From a virus: a stretch of 64,000 nucleotides of DNA. Below the pieces are notes generated by a model. That model saw only the letters and a list, made by a program, of their open reading frames with translations. It was not told the origin of the DNA and ran no database searches. Shown piece by piece: positions 28,095-37,176 of this stretch (its first letter is position 1; each line of letters starts with the position of its first letter). The translations under genes and the position numbers were made by a program. The DNA lies in IMG/VR virus record IMGVR_UViG_3300013233_000151, positions 7,962-71,961 of that record. One strand, given 5' to 3'.

Positions 28095-28727
28095 ATGTCA
28101 AGCACAGTAAATGCTCCCTACCTGCCCCCGAAGTACACGCAGGGCACCGAGTTCCCGAAGGCGTTTGGGCGCGACCTACATACTCAGATCAGGCTCATTG
28201 AAGAGCGGTGGAAGCGGTACTTCCCTGAGATCGACTACTACCCGCGCTTGCAGAATATTGGCATCGCAGACGCGACGCCCGACACACGCAACCCAGAGAT
28301 CGCTGCACCTGTGTCGCCGACCGACCCGGCGGCAGGTGGCTTCGATCGCCTGTGGGGTGAGAGCGTCGATCGGCAGATGGCCGACGTGGACCAGTGGGAC
28401 CAACCGCACCTCAGCGGCACCCTCGACGCGACGACGGAGGCGGAGGGTTTCCAGGCACCCGTCAAGATCCATGCGCAGATCAAGCGCGAGGTGGACAAGA
28501 AGCGCGCGTTGGAGCTGTACGGCTTCGACGACGTGCGCGACATCATCGCCGTCATCCCTGCGAGCGTCCTCGATGCTTGCGGGTTCCGGGTCAAGGAAGG
28601 TGACAAGTTCATCTGGGACGGGCAGGAGTACGACGTGTATCAGAACGCCGGGGGCGGCTGGTGGAAGAATTCGAATATCCGTCTGTTTCGTGTTCTCAAC
28701 TGTGAGTCGAAGAGGCTGGGCTCGTGA
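28095..28727 (+). CDS. Head-tail joining protein, T4 gp14-like
   Basis: DRLWGES, FQAPVKI, LELYGFD, KEGDKFIWDG; synteny. Confidence 0.65.
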   Translation: MSSTVNAPYLPPKYTQGTEFPKAFGRDLHTQIRLIEERWKRYFPEIDYYPRLQNIGIADATPDTRNPEIAAPVSPTDPAAGGFDRLWGESVDRQMADVDQWDQPHLSGTLDATTEAEGFQAPVKIHAQIKREVDKKRALELYGFDDVRDIIAVIPASVLDACGFRVKEGDKFIWDGQEYDVYQNAGGGWWKNSNIRLFRVLNCESKRLGS

Positions 28728-29167
28728 TGCAGACCGTCGCACGCATATTTCAGGGCAAGACCCTCAAGATCCATTCGATCGACCGAGTGGAGATCCTGCT
28801 CGAACTCGACTTCGATTTCCTCGCCCGCAAGATCTTCTCGTTGGAGTTGGAGTTCGACCCCGAGGATCTGGAAGAGGACGACTATGGCCGCGCGCAACAC
28901 TGCCTCGTCGTATTGCTCGGCGGCAAGCGTGTCGTGGTCGAGCCCGAGATCTCGGTGCGTGAGCATTGGGGCCGCCGCACCGAGATCCCCTCGCGCGTGT
29001 ACCTGACCGAGCGCGTGCACGGTCAGCCGATCGGCTACACGGAAGGTGTGCCGGGACGTGCTGAGCCCGTGCTTGAAGTCGCTCCCTTCTACAACAGCCT
29101 GTTCCCCATGTTCGACGTGCAGGCCGTGAAGTCAGTGCTCAACGGAAGAGGTGGTCACCGTGGCTGA
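28724..29167 (+). CDS. Degenerate thermonuclease-like OB-fold protein (tentative)
   Basis: KIHSIDRVEILLELDFDFLARKIFSL resembles the RVVDGDT..IDLGF..RL pattern without catalytic residues. Confidence 0.4.
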   Translation: MMQTVARIFQGKTLKIHSIDRVEILLELDFDFLARKIFSLELEFDPEDLEEDDYGRAQHCLVVLLGGKRVVVEPEISVREHWGRRTEIPSRVYLTERVHGQPIGYTEGVPGRAEPVLEVAPFYNSLFPMFDVQAVKSVLNGRGGHRG

Positions 29168-30827
29168 TCGACTTGGACATTCGTACGAGGATACGATCCG
29201 ACAGCACGATGCGGCCTTCTTCTCGTTCTGGGATGCGCTGCATGTGGACTACGGAGCGCTCGGGCTCGGGATCGAAGACAACGTGAACTCTCCGTTTTCG
29301 GCGATCGACCGCAATGATTTTCCCATCCTCAAGGTGTTCGCAACGCCTCAGCGCGCTGTCGCGCGCGTGGTGGATGAGCTGGTGATGAGCGGATGGCTCG
29401 CAGGGGCGGATGCTACCGCACAGGCGGCGAACGCTGAGGTACTCCGCACAAAGGCGGGGGAAGATTTTGGTGTCCTGCCCCTGCCTCTTATCACGGTCAC
29501 GCGAGAGGAGCCGGGACAGAACCCGCAAGACTCGGGCGTGCCGAAGGTGTTCCGAAAGCAGTGTTTCGACGAGACCAATCAGGCGTATCAGACGCAACGC
29601 TGGCCGGGCGCGTGGGAGATTAGCTACCGCGTGACCGTGTGGGGCATCAAGCGCGCCACGATGGCGTTCATCCGTGAGTGGGTGATGAGTCAGGTCGGCG
29701 TAGTGGGCGGCACCGAAGGTGAGCTGTTTCTTCCAGTCCGGCACGCAGACCCGTGGGGCATCATCAACCAAGCGATGAGCCTCGATACGATCACGGACCA
29801 GAGCCAGCTTGAAGGCAGCGATGACGCGCGGATGCTCCGTCAGGAGTATTCGTTCACGCTCAAGATGTGGCATTTCAAGAGGCCGGATCCTCCGGATGGC
29901 GTGGACCCCGGACAGCCCGGATACAGCGCGGGTCAGATCCAAACAGTTGATGGATTCAACTTGGAGGAGGTGGTGTTCATGCCGGGCGCTGCGCTTGGCA
30001 TCGAGTTGGATCCCGGCGACTTCGCCACCGACCCGACGACGATCGCGCCGAGTCCTCTCGGGCTCAATATGTTCTCGTTCTTCTTGAGCGACGCTCAGAT
30101 CAAGACGCAATGGCCCAAGACGGGCAACGCGACGGTGCGTCGGGGAAGTAGGTCGCCGCTCGGTATTGCGCCGCATCCGACGCTGCGGATCGTCGTGAAG
30201 GACGTGACGGATGAGGTGCTGATCTCGAATCGCACCATCACGCTCGACGCGGATAGCCTCGCCGTAATCACGACGGCATTCGACTATAAGTCCACAGGCT
30301 CGGTCGAGATGCTACTCGCGCAGAAGGCGGCGGGAGTCGGAAATTCGTTTACCAATACCTACCGGCAGGCGATGCCGCTCGCTGTCAACTGGACACACGG
30401 ACAATTCTTTGCGCTCACGGATCAGTCGGTCTTCTCGATGAGCGTGCTCGGCACCGGCACCGCGCAGCTCGAACAGGTGGACGTGTCGCAGATCAACATG
30501 CGCCACGTTCGCTCGCCCGCCGTCAAGACGCTGCCCGATAGCGCGACGCCCGGGGGCGGTGTGACGGTCTACCAGTGGAATAGTCTCATGGCCGCGCGTA
30601 CGCACCTCGCGGTCATTCAGTTTGGCACCCCGACGGGCTCTGGCACCATCGACGTGAACGGCGAGATCTACACCGTGAATCCTGCCGACCAGAGCGCGGG
30701 CTTCGTTGGCATTCTCGCTACGCCCTTCGGGGGCGGCTCCGTCACCGTCACGGTGGACGATGCTCTGAACCCCTTGCTCGTGTACGTGCAGGAGTACAAG
30801 GGCTTTTGGGACGGCACGGAGGTCTAG
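29160..30827 (+). CDS. Tail completion/terminator protein (gp15-like) with C-terminal beta extension
   Basis: VFATPQRA, LPLPLITVTR, ISYRVTVW, RQEYSFTL motifs; position before the sheath. Confidence 0.7.
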   Translation: MADRLGHSYEDTIRQHDAAFFSFWDALHVDYGALGLGIEDNVNSPFSAIDRNDFPILKVFATPQRAVARVVDELVMSGWLAGADATAQAANAEVLRTKAGEDFGVLPLPLITVTREEPGQNPQDSGVPKVFRKQCFDETNQAYQTQRWPGAWEISYRVTVWGIKRATMAFIREWVMSQVGVVGGTEGELFLPVRHADPWGIINQAMSLDTITDQSQLEGSDDARMLRQEYSFTLKMWHFKRPDPPDGVDPGQPGYSAGQIQTVDGFNLEEVVFMPGAALGIELDPGDFATDPTTIAPSPLGLNMFSFFLSDAQIKTQWPKTGNATVRRGSRSPLGIAPHPTLRIVVKDVTDEVLISNRTITLDADSLAVITTAFDYKSTGSVEMLLAQKAAGVGNSFTNTYRQAMPLAVNWTHGQFFALTDQSVFSMSVLGTGTAQLEQVDVSQINMRHVRSPAVKTLPDSATPGGGVTVYQWNSLMAARTHLAVIQFGTPTGSGTIDVNGEIYTVNPADQSAGFVGILATPFGGGSVTVTVDDALNPLLVYVQEYKGFWDGTEV

Positions 30828-31111
30828 TGGACGCCAAGCGGTGCATCTGCAAGGGGCAGGACTTCACGCGGCTCCTAGCGGCGTGGTACGGCCGCACCCG
30901 CTCTAGGATCGTTGACGGCGCGGAGGGCAAGGAGGCTCCGTCGTGGAGCTACCGAGATCTCCAGATGGCCGTGACGCTCATTCGCACGCTGTCGGAGTAC
31001 CAGGGCCAGAAAGCCCCCTTCCTCGGCAAGTTCCAGCACCTTGACCACCACCTCGCGGAGTGCCCGTGTTCGTTTCGGTACGTGGCTCCGAAAGCGGACG
31101 CGGAGGCTTGA
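30827..31111 (+). CDS. Hypothetical protein
   Basis: GTG overlapping the previous TAG, GGAGG RBS. Confidence 0.5.
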   Translation: MDAKRCICKGQDFTRLLAAWYGRTRSRIVDGAEGKEAPSWSYRDLQMAVTLIRTLSEYQGQKAPFLGKFQHLDHHLAECPCSFRYVAPKADAEA

Positions 31112-31120
31112 CTCCCGCCT

Positions 31121-31151
31121 GTAGACATCCCCTACCCTCGCCACCTAGACT
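31121..31151 (+). promoter_or_regulatory. Putative promoter G-TAGACA N18 TAGACT; ATG 6 nt downstream (possibly leaderless)
   Basis: Recurring motif; no SD before ATG 31158. Confidence 0.65.
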
Positions 31152-31157
31152 ACGACC

Positions 31158-31496
31158 ATGAACGACGGAGATTACGCCGAGCAAGGGGACGAGGTTCCCG
31201 AGCCCACCGAGAGCACACGTCCTTCGCGCCGTAAGGGCAAGAAGAGCGCGGTCTCGACCCCCCGGACTGCCGCGCGGCCTGCCCCTTCATCGAAGGGCGC
31301 TCTGCGCGTGCGACTCCTGCCGCTTCGCAACCGAAGTGGGACCCTCCTCTTCCTGCCCGTCCTCAACGATGACGGAACCAAGAAGTCGCTCAGGATGGGC
31401 GCGAACGCCACGGTAGAGGTAGCCGAAGATTGCCTCACCGACTACGCGCGTCGCCTACTCAGCCAGGGCCAGATCTCGATCGACCCGCATCGGTAA
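31158..31496 (+). CDS. Small pre-sheath hypothetical protein
   Basis: ORF directly upstream of the sheath. Confidence 0.65.
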   Translation: MNDGDYAEQGDEVPEPTESTRPSRRKGKKSAVSTPRTAARPAPSSKGALRVRLLPLRNRSGTLLFLPVLNDDGTKKSLRMGANATVEVAEDCLTDYARRLLSQGQISIDPHR

Positions 31497-31514
31497 AGCA
31501 CACGAGGACACGTC

Positions 31515-34127
31515 ATGGCACAGAGCCCCGGAATCATCACCAACGAACTCACGTTCATCAAGACCAACCCCACACTGGGGGTTACGCTGCCGGTGATCGT
31601 CGGCGGAGCGACGAAAGGCCCGGTGGGCTCTCCGTTGCTTCTTCAAAACGAGACCGACCTGATCCGTGAGTTTGGGCAACCGTTCGCAAGCGACTTCGGT
31701 TTGCTATCGGCGATCGAGTATCTCAAGCAAGGCACGCAGATGTTCTTTCTGCGCGTTGCTGACGGGACTGAATTGGCCGCGACCGTGGAGTCCACAGGAC
31801 CCGAGGGCATCGCGGCTACTGGTTCGATCGCGCTTTCGGGTCAGCCGAACGACGCCGACAACGTGGTGATTTCTGACGGCGTGCTACCGGCGGTGACGTT
31901 CGAGTTCGATGTGGCAACGGCCGCGACGGGCGACATCACGTTCTCGGGCCTGCCGGTCGCCACCGAGACGCTCACGATCGACGACGGCGTGAACCCAGCC
32001 GTCGTCTTCGAGTTCGACACTGCGAACGAAGCGGCCGGTACGCTCGTCCTCGGAGGTCAGCCTTCCGACGCTGATACGTGGCGCATTTCGGACGGCACGA
32101 ACATCGTGGACTTCGAGTTCGACAATAACAGCTCGGTGGTCGAAACCCAGACGCTCCGACAAGTCGTCATTGGCGCGACGCTCTCCGATACGCTCAACAA
32201 CCTGCAAGCGGCCATCAATAACGCGGCTTTCACGTTCAACATCACGGCCGACAACCCGACGCTCGGTACGACCGTTGCGATCACGAACGACAACGTGGGT
32301 GTGGCGGGCAACGTGGCGATCGTCGAGCAGGTCAACGTCTCGACTAACCTTAGCTCGACCGGCATGTTGGGCGGCGACGATCTCACGGCTGGCGGCGGCA
32401 ACATCCCGGTCCGCATCGGTGTGGACGGCCAAGAGACCCGCGACTTTCTGATCGCTGCGATTCAAGGCGTAGCCTCCTTCGCGGTCACGGCCGTCGCTAA
32501 TGGCGCGCTGGTTATTGACCTCACCAACGACGCTGCGGGTACGGCGGGCAACGTGGCGATCACGGGTACGCCCACGAACGTCGCCCACACTGGTATGGCG
32601 GGCGGCACGGACGCGGGCGTCGGCGTCGGTAACGTCGCGGTCGCCGTCGGTTCCACCACGGCGATCACGGTCGAGAACCTGCGCCAAGCCATCAACAACA
32701 ACGCCTTCGCGGTCACGGCTGCTCCCGGAGCGGGCTCGATCGTCTCGCTCTCGAACATCGTCGCCAACGGTGCGGTCGGGAACGTCACGATCACCGGCAC
32801 CGATATCGCGGGCGTGCAGACGCTCGCTGGCATGGGCTCCGGCGTCGCCGCTGGGTCGCTGGTTGGCATGACCGTCACGGCCATCACGCCCGGCACATGG
32901 GGCAACTCGGTCTCGGTCGTGTTCCGGGCGACACAGATCTCGGGCGCGGCTGCGGGCGCGTTCGACATGGACGTGATCGCTCCTGTCGGGACCAGCGGCG
33001 CGTTCCAAGTCGTCGAGACGTTCTTCAACCTCTCGACCACGAGCACAGACGCCAACTTCATCGAGACGCTGGTGAACACGGGCGTCGTCAACCAGTCGAA
33101 CCCGAGCCGCTACGTCAACGTCACGGTTACGATTGACCAGACGCCGGTGGCGGGTACGCTCGCGCTCGGCACCACGCAGGCGGGCACAGACGGGATCAGT
33201 GCGCTCGACGACGCCGACTATATCGGCACCTCGACCGGCACATCTGCGACGGGCCTCCAGTCGCTTCGCAACTCCGAGTCTGTTCAGTTCAATCTGCTGG
33301 CGATCCCGGGCATCACGACCAACGCCGTGATCCTGGAGGGCATCGACGTGTGCGAGACACGACAGGACGCGCTATACGTCGTCGATCCACCGCCGAATCT
33401 CACCGTTCAAGAAGTAGCCGACTGGCACAACGGCTTGTCAGTGCTGCCCAGCGCCCCGGTCGCTCAGCTCGACAGCTCATACGCGGTCATCTACTGGAGC
33501 CACCCTACGACGGCGAGCCAGTACCTCCAACAGAATGTCAAGCTGCCTCCCAGCGCCTTCGTGCTCGCTCAGTACGCGCTCGCGGACCGTCAGGTAGGTC
33601 ACTCGTGGCGGGCAGTCGCGGGCGCGCAGCGCGGCAAGATCGACGCCCTCACGGTTGAGTTTTCGCCTGATCTCACGCAGCGTAACCTGTTGCTCGGTGG
33701 CTCGAACGCCGTGAACCCGATCGTGGAGTTCAGTGGTGGACAGGGCGTACAGATCTTCGGCAACGAGACACTCCAGAGGACGCCCGGCCCCACCGATGCC
33801 GTTCACATTCGTCGCGGTATGCTCGAACTCAAGCGGGCATCCGTTGAGGTCACGCGCGACATTCAGTTCGAGCCCAACGATCCGCAGACGTGGAGGAACG
33901 TCGAGCAGAAGATTCAACCCCTGCTCGACTTTCTCGTAGGTGTGCGTGCGATCGAGCCCGGTGCGACGGTCGTGTCGAACGCCGACACGAACCCGCCTGA
34001 GGCGCAAGCGCAGAAGACCGTCAATGCTCGGATATTCATCAAGCCCATCGGCGCGGCGGAAACGCTCGTTCTCGGCTTCGTGCTTGAGGCTATCGGCGCG
34101 GGATCTCTGTCCATTATCAACGCCTGA
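31515..34127 (+). CDS. Contractile tail sheath protein with triple nested insertion
   Basis: SPGI..E, GGATKGPVG, TPGTWGN, LLAIPG, LPPSAFV, AGAQRG, VNPIV, IFGNETL, IHIRR-type VHIRR, FEPND. Confidence 0.95.
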   Translation: MAQSPGIITNELTFIKTNPTLGVTLPVIVGGATKGPVGSPLLLQNETDLIREFGQPFASDFGLLSAIEYLKQGTQMFFLRVADGTELAATVESTGPEGIAATGSIALSGQPNDADNVVISDGVLPAVTFEFDVATAATGDITFSGLPVATETLTIDDGVNPAVVFEFDTANEAAGTLVLGGQPSDADTWRISDGTNIVDFEFDNNSSVVETQTLRQVVIGATLSDTLNNLQAAINNAAFTFNITADNPTLGTTVAITNDNVGVAGNVAIVEQVNVSTNLSSTGMLGGDDLTAGGGNIPVRIGVDGQETRDFLIAAIQGVASFAVTAVANGALVIDLTNDAAGTAGNVAITGTPTNVAHTGMAGGTDAGVGVGNVAVAVGSTTAITVENLRQAINNNAFAVTAAPGAGSIVSLSNIVANGAVGNVTITGTDIAGVQTLAGMGSGVAAGSLVGMTVTAITPGTWGNSVSVVFRATQISGAAAGAFDMDVIAPVGTSGAFQVVETFFNLSTTSTDANFIETLVNTGVVNQSNPSRYVNVTVTIDQTPVAGTLALGTTQAGTDGISALDDADYIGTSTGTSATGLQSLRNSESVQFNLLAIPGITTNAVILEGIDVCETRQDALYVVDPPPNLTVQEVADWHNGLSVLPSAPVAQLDSSYAVIYWSHPTTASQYLQQNVKLPPSAFVLAQYALADRQVGHSWRAVAGAQRGKIDALTVEFSPDLTQRNLLLGGSNAVNPIVEFSGGQGVQIFGNETLQRTPGPTDAVHIRRGMLELKRASVEVTRDIQFEPNDPQTWRNVEQKIQPLLDFLVGVRAIEPGATVVSNADTNPPEAQAQKTVNARIFIKPIGAAETLVLGFVLEAIGAGSLSIINA

Positions 34128-34169
34128 TTCTCGAATCAACCTACACCTCCTTGAGCCAGGAGATTTACC

Positions 34170-34709
34170 ATGCCCCTCGACACTCTGAATGCTGACCATA
34201 TCGGTCAGGTCGGCGGCGGCTTCGAGCCGCAGCGGACTAATAACATCCTCTTCACCGTCACGGGTCTGGCGGGTAACGACAACGATGTCATCACGTTGTC
34301 GTTCACTTCGGGTCCGCTACCGAAGATGAGCATCACTCCGATTGAGGTTCGCTACCTCAATCAGACGCGGAAGTTCGCCGGTACGGTGGTCTACGAGGAT
34401 GTCCCGATGATCTTCAACGACTACGTGGATCAGGAGACGGCGACCGTCCTCGCCAACTGGTTCTACCTGGCGCACAACCCGCTCAGCGGCAAGACCGCCT
34501 TGGCGAGGGACTACAAGAAAAACGGTCGCCTGACCCTGTACGGTCCTCAAGGTACGTTCGACCGCGAGTGGGAGATTCAGGGCGCGTGGATCAGCAACTA
34601 CGACCCGGGCGACGCTGACATGGAAGGCGAAGACCGCGTGCGCATCACCGCGACCATCACGATCGACAAGGCCGTTTACATCCCGTCCAACCTGTCGGCG
34701 ACGGGCTAG
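34170..34709 (+). CDS. Tail tube protein, T4 gp19-like
   Basis: FEPQRTN, LPK, RKFAG, DYKK, REWEIQGAW; follows the sheath. Confidence 0.92.
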   Translation: MPLDTLNADHIGQVGGGFEPQRTNNILFTVTGLAGNDNDVITLSFTSGPLPKMSITPIEVRYLNQTRKFAGTVVYEDVPMIFNDYVDQETATVLANWFYLAHNPLSGKTALARDYKKNGRLTLYGPQGTFDREWEIQGAWISNYDPGDADMEGEDRVRITATITIDKAVYIPSNLSATG

Positions 34710-34724
34710 TGCCCCCTGACCGCA

Positions 34725-34749
34725 ATCTCTGGACCCGGTGTCCAGAGAT
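34725..34749. repeat. Palindrome copy 3 (ATCTCTGGAC CCGGT GTCCAGAGAT)
   Basis: Perfect 10-bp inverted repeat just after the tube stop. Confidence 0.85.
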
Positions 34750-34792
34750 CCGATAACCTAACCATCCCTCCTGACACCGCAGGAGTTTCGAC

Positions 34793-35569
34793 ATGACCGA
34801 ACTAGGCTGGAATAGCTACACGCTTCCGTCCCGTGGGCAGCTCTATCAGGGACGCCTTCCCGACGGAATCGTTCAGATTCGACCCCTGCGAGCGCGCGAA
34901 CAGGCGAAGCTCATGCAGCAAGGCGGGGGCATTGTGGGAAAGGTGGATTCCATCATTTCCACCTGCCTCAAGCTCCCCGAGGGGATCAAGTCGAAGGAAC
35001 TGCTCCTCGTCGATCGCTTCGCGGTGCTGCTTGCGCTCAGGACCAAAACTTTTGGACCAGAGTACACGTTCGACTACCGTTGTCAGGACTGTGGTGAGCA
35101 GCAGAAGGGTCACATCAACATCGTCGAGGACTTCGATGAGCGGACCCCCGACAGTGATCTCGCTGAGCCATTCGATATCGAGCTGCCCGATGAAGGCAAG
35201 GTGGTGAAGATGCGATTTCTCCGAGGGGAGGACGAGGATCAGATCGCCAAGAACTCCAAGCGGGTCAAGATGCAGTCGAACGACTCCGCTGATCCGAGCT
35301 ATCTGATCCGCCTTGCGATGCAGATCATGGCGATCGACGGCGAGGACCCGGAGAAGATGCGGTCGCTTGTGGATCGACAGAAATTCATCGAGGGGATTTC
35401 GGCGGGCGACCTATGCGTATTGGAGGACGCGATGAACGACCTGGAGCCGGGTATCGACACGAGGATTTACCCCGAGTGCAGCAAGTGTGCCTATGTCAAC
35501 GAAATGACGATGCCGTTTTCGGCAGAGTTTTTTCGTCCGAGACGGAGGAGTCGATCTCGAAACACTTGA
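34793..35569 (+). CDS. Baseplate hub/tail assembly chaperone, T4 gp26-like
   Basis: LPSRGQLY, LLLVDRFAVLLALR, CQDC, ELP, RFLRGEDE, CSKC, EFFRP. Confidence 0.85.
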   Translation: MTELGWNSYTLPSRGQLYQGRLPDGIVQIRPLRAREQAKLMQQGGGIVGKVDSIISTCLKLPEGIKSKELLLVDRFAVLLALRTKTFGPEYTFDYRCQDCGEQQKGHINIVEDFDERTPDSDLAEPFDIELPDEGKVVKMRFLRGEDEDQIAKNSKRVKMQSNDSADPSYLIRLAMQIMAIDGEDPEKMRSLVDRQKFIEGISAGDLCVLEDAMNDLEPGIDTRIYPECSKCAYVNEMTMPFSAEFFRPRRRSRSRNT

Positions 35570-35786
35570 GGCGAACGTCTTCTTCCTTGTGTACGGCAGC
35601 CACGGTGGATTCACCAAGGCCGACATTGATGCGATGGATCAAGCAGAGGTGTTCCGCTACACCCAACGTCTTGCGGAGCAGCGCAAGAAGGAGAATGAGG
35701 CGCGTGACGAGGCCAACCGCAAAGCCGCGAAGGGCGCTAAGAAGAATCAGACTCCGCTGTGGAAACGGCTCACCGGCCACCGCTGA
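35529..35786 (+). CDS. C-terminal chaperone frame (gp51-like), probably reached by a +1/-2 frameshift at TTTTTTC
   Basis: Frame open from 35508; DLETLEANVFFLVYGSHGGFTKADIDAM..QRLAEQRKKENE; first in-frame start is only GTG 35589. Confidence 0.6.
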   Translation, partial: FFVRDGGVDLETLEANVFFLVYGSHGGFTKADIDAMDQAEVFRYTQRLAEQRKKENEARDEANRKAAKGAKKNQTPLWKRLTGHR

Positions 35787-35793
35787 GAGCTGC

Positions 35794-35823
35794 GTAGACG
35801 AATCCTTCGGAGGTCTCTAAACT
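35794..35823 (+). promoter_or_regulatory. Putative promoter G-TAGACG N17 TAAACT
   Basis: Recurring motif, intergenic. Confidence 0.65.
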
Positions 35824-35910
35824 CAACCCCAACGAGGAGGCCGCCACGCCCCTACAACTCATGCGTCATTTGTCGAAGTCTACTACAGACCTAGCAGCAG
35901 GAGGTGCTCC

Positions 35911-37167
35911 GTGAGTGCCGAATGGAACTCGTCCACTTTTCAGTTCGATCCTGTTGGCCAGTCACACACGTTCTCGTTCATCATGGACAAGATCGAAAAC
36001 TTCCTCACGATGTCTGGATGGCAGCGCCCCTCGTGGGATGGCGGGTCCTTCGGTCCAGGAACCAATGGGGGTCCGGACTCTGCTTCGACGGACGTGAGGC
36101 ATTTTCTACGGACCGATCGCGCGACGCAAGATCGGTGGCGCTTCACTGGAGATCTCATTACGCAGCACGGTGGAATCGTGGTGTGGTATAACGCAGATCC
36201 GACGGCTGGACCTTACGGTCCGAACCTTGGCGGTACTACTGACGCAGGAGAGAGCGGCCCTCAGATTGTCATCCAGACTTTCTTGGAGAATACAACGACG
36301 GATGGTGTGCAGGTCTACACGCCCGATCACGACGTTACGGTTTCTGGCATCGCTCGCTTTGGTTCGATTCGTGTTTTGATCGACAACCTCGTGGTCAACA
36401 ACTGGTTGCTCTATGGGGGTGAAGACGGATTCTACTTGGAATCGGGACGCGACACCTTCAACGCGAGCCTCGGTCACGGGGCCGTGATGACGTTCGGAGA
36501 GATCCCGGAGTTCAACGGCACGCGCGATGCAGCTCGTCAATGGACGGCGCAAGGTCTCGTGTGCGACATGCGCGGGAACTGTCGATTCACAGAGGACCGC
36601 AACGATCGTTTCGTCTCCAATGACGGGACGAATAAGAACATGACGGCTTCTCTCCAGCCGTTCAGCCCACGAGGTACTGCGAGTATTGACTCGCTATCTG
36701 GAAACGTCTTTGATGCGCGTCCCTATTACATCGGGTGCCGCGACAACTTTTTGTCCGCGACCCCCTACGGCGCGACCTCGTTGTCTCAGGAGATCTTTCA
36801 AGGATCCGGCAACGGTCTCTCCGCTAGGTACGCCGCGTCCTTTGGCCTTATCAACACGCCTAAGAATGATCGGATTAGGATCTCTCCGTTGTTTATGGTG
36901 CAGCAGATAACCCATGTAAATTCGGGTGTAACGAGCGTCTCTGCTCTGAACAACATTGTGGCATCCGTCAACGCATGTCCTCAACTTGATGTGCGAACCA
37001 TGCGTCAAGTCTTTCGCTTCGTAGGTGCTGACCACACGCTCATTCCGTTCTTGAGTGTGGTGGATTCGGTTAGTGGAGCTACATATCGAATTGCTCGCAT
37101 GGCCGACAATGGGCGATTCTCGCAGTTTGGTGTGGAGGTTCCTTCGACGGTCCTAACACTTCCGTAG
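35911..37167 (+). CDS. Putative tail accessory structural protein
   Basis: GGAGG RBS; beta/Gly-rich; within the tail cluster. Confidence 0.6.
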   Translation: MSAEWNSSTFQFDPVGQSHTFSFIMDKIENFLTMSGWQRPSWDGGSFGPGTNGGPDSASTDVRHFLRTDRATQDRWRFTGDLITQHGGIVVWYNADPTAGPYGPNLGGTTDAGESGPQIVIQTFLENTTTDGVQVYTPDHDVTVSGIARFGSIRVLIDNLVVNNWLLYGGEDGFYLESGRDTFNASLGHGAVMTFGEIPEFNGTRDAARQWTAQGLVCDMRGNCRFTEDRNDRFVSNDGTNKNMTASLQPFSPRGTASIDSLSGNVFDARPYYIGCRDNFLSATPYGATSLSQEIFQGSGNGLSARYAASFGLINTPKNDRIRISPLFMVQQITHVNSGVTSVSALNNIVASVNACPQLDVRTMRQVFRFVGADHTLIPFLSVVDSVSGATYRIARMADNGRFSQFGVEVPSTVLTLP

Positions 37168-37176
37168 GAGAATGAC

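Noticed and set aside
35861-35914. 17-codon upstream ORF MRHLSKSTTDLAAGGAP coupled to 35911
   Set aside because: Too short and its SD spacing is poor
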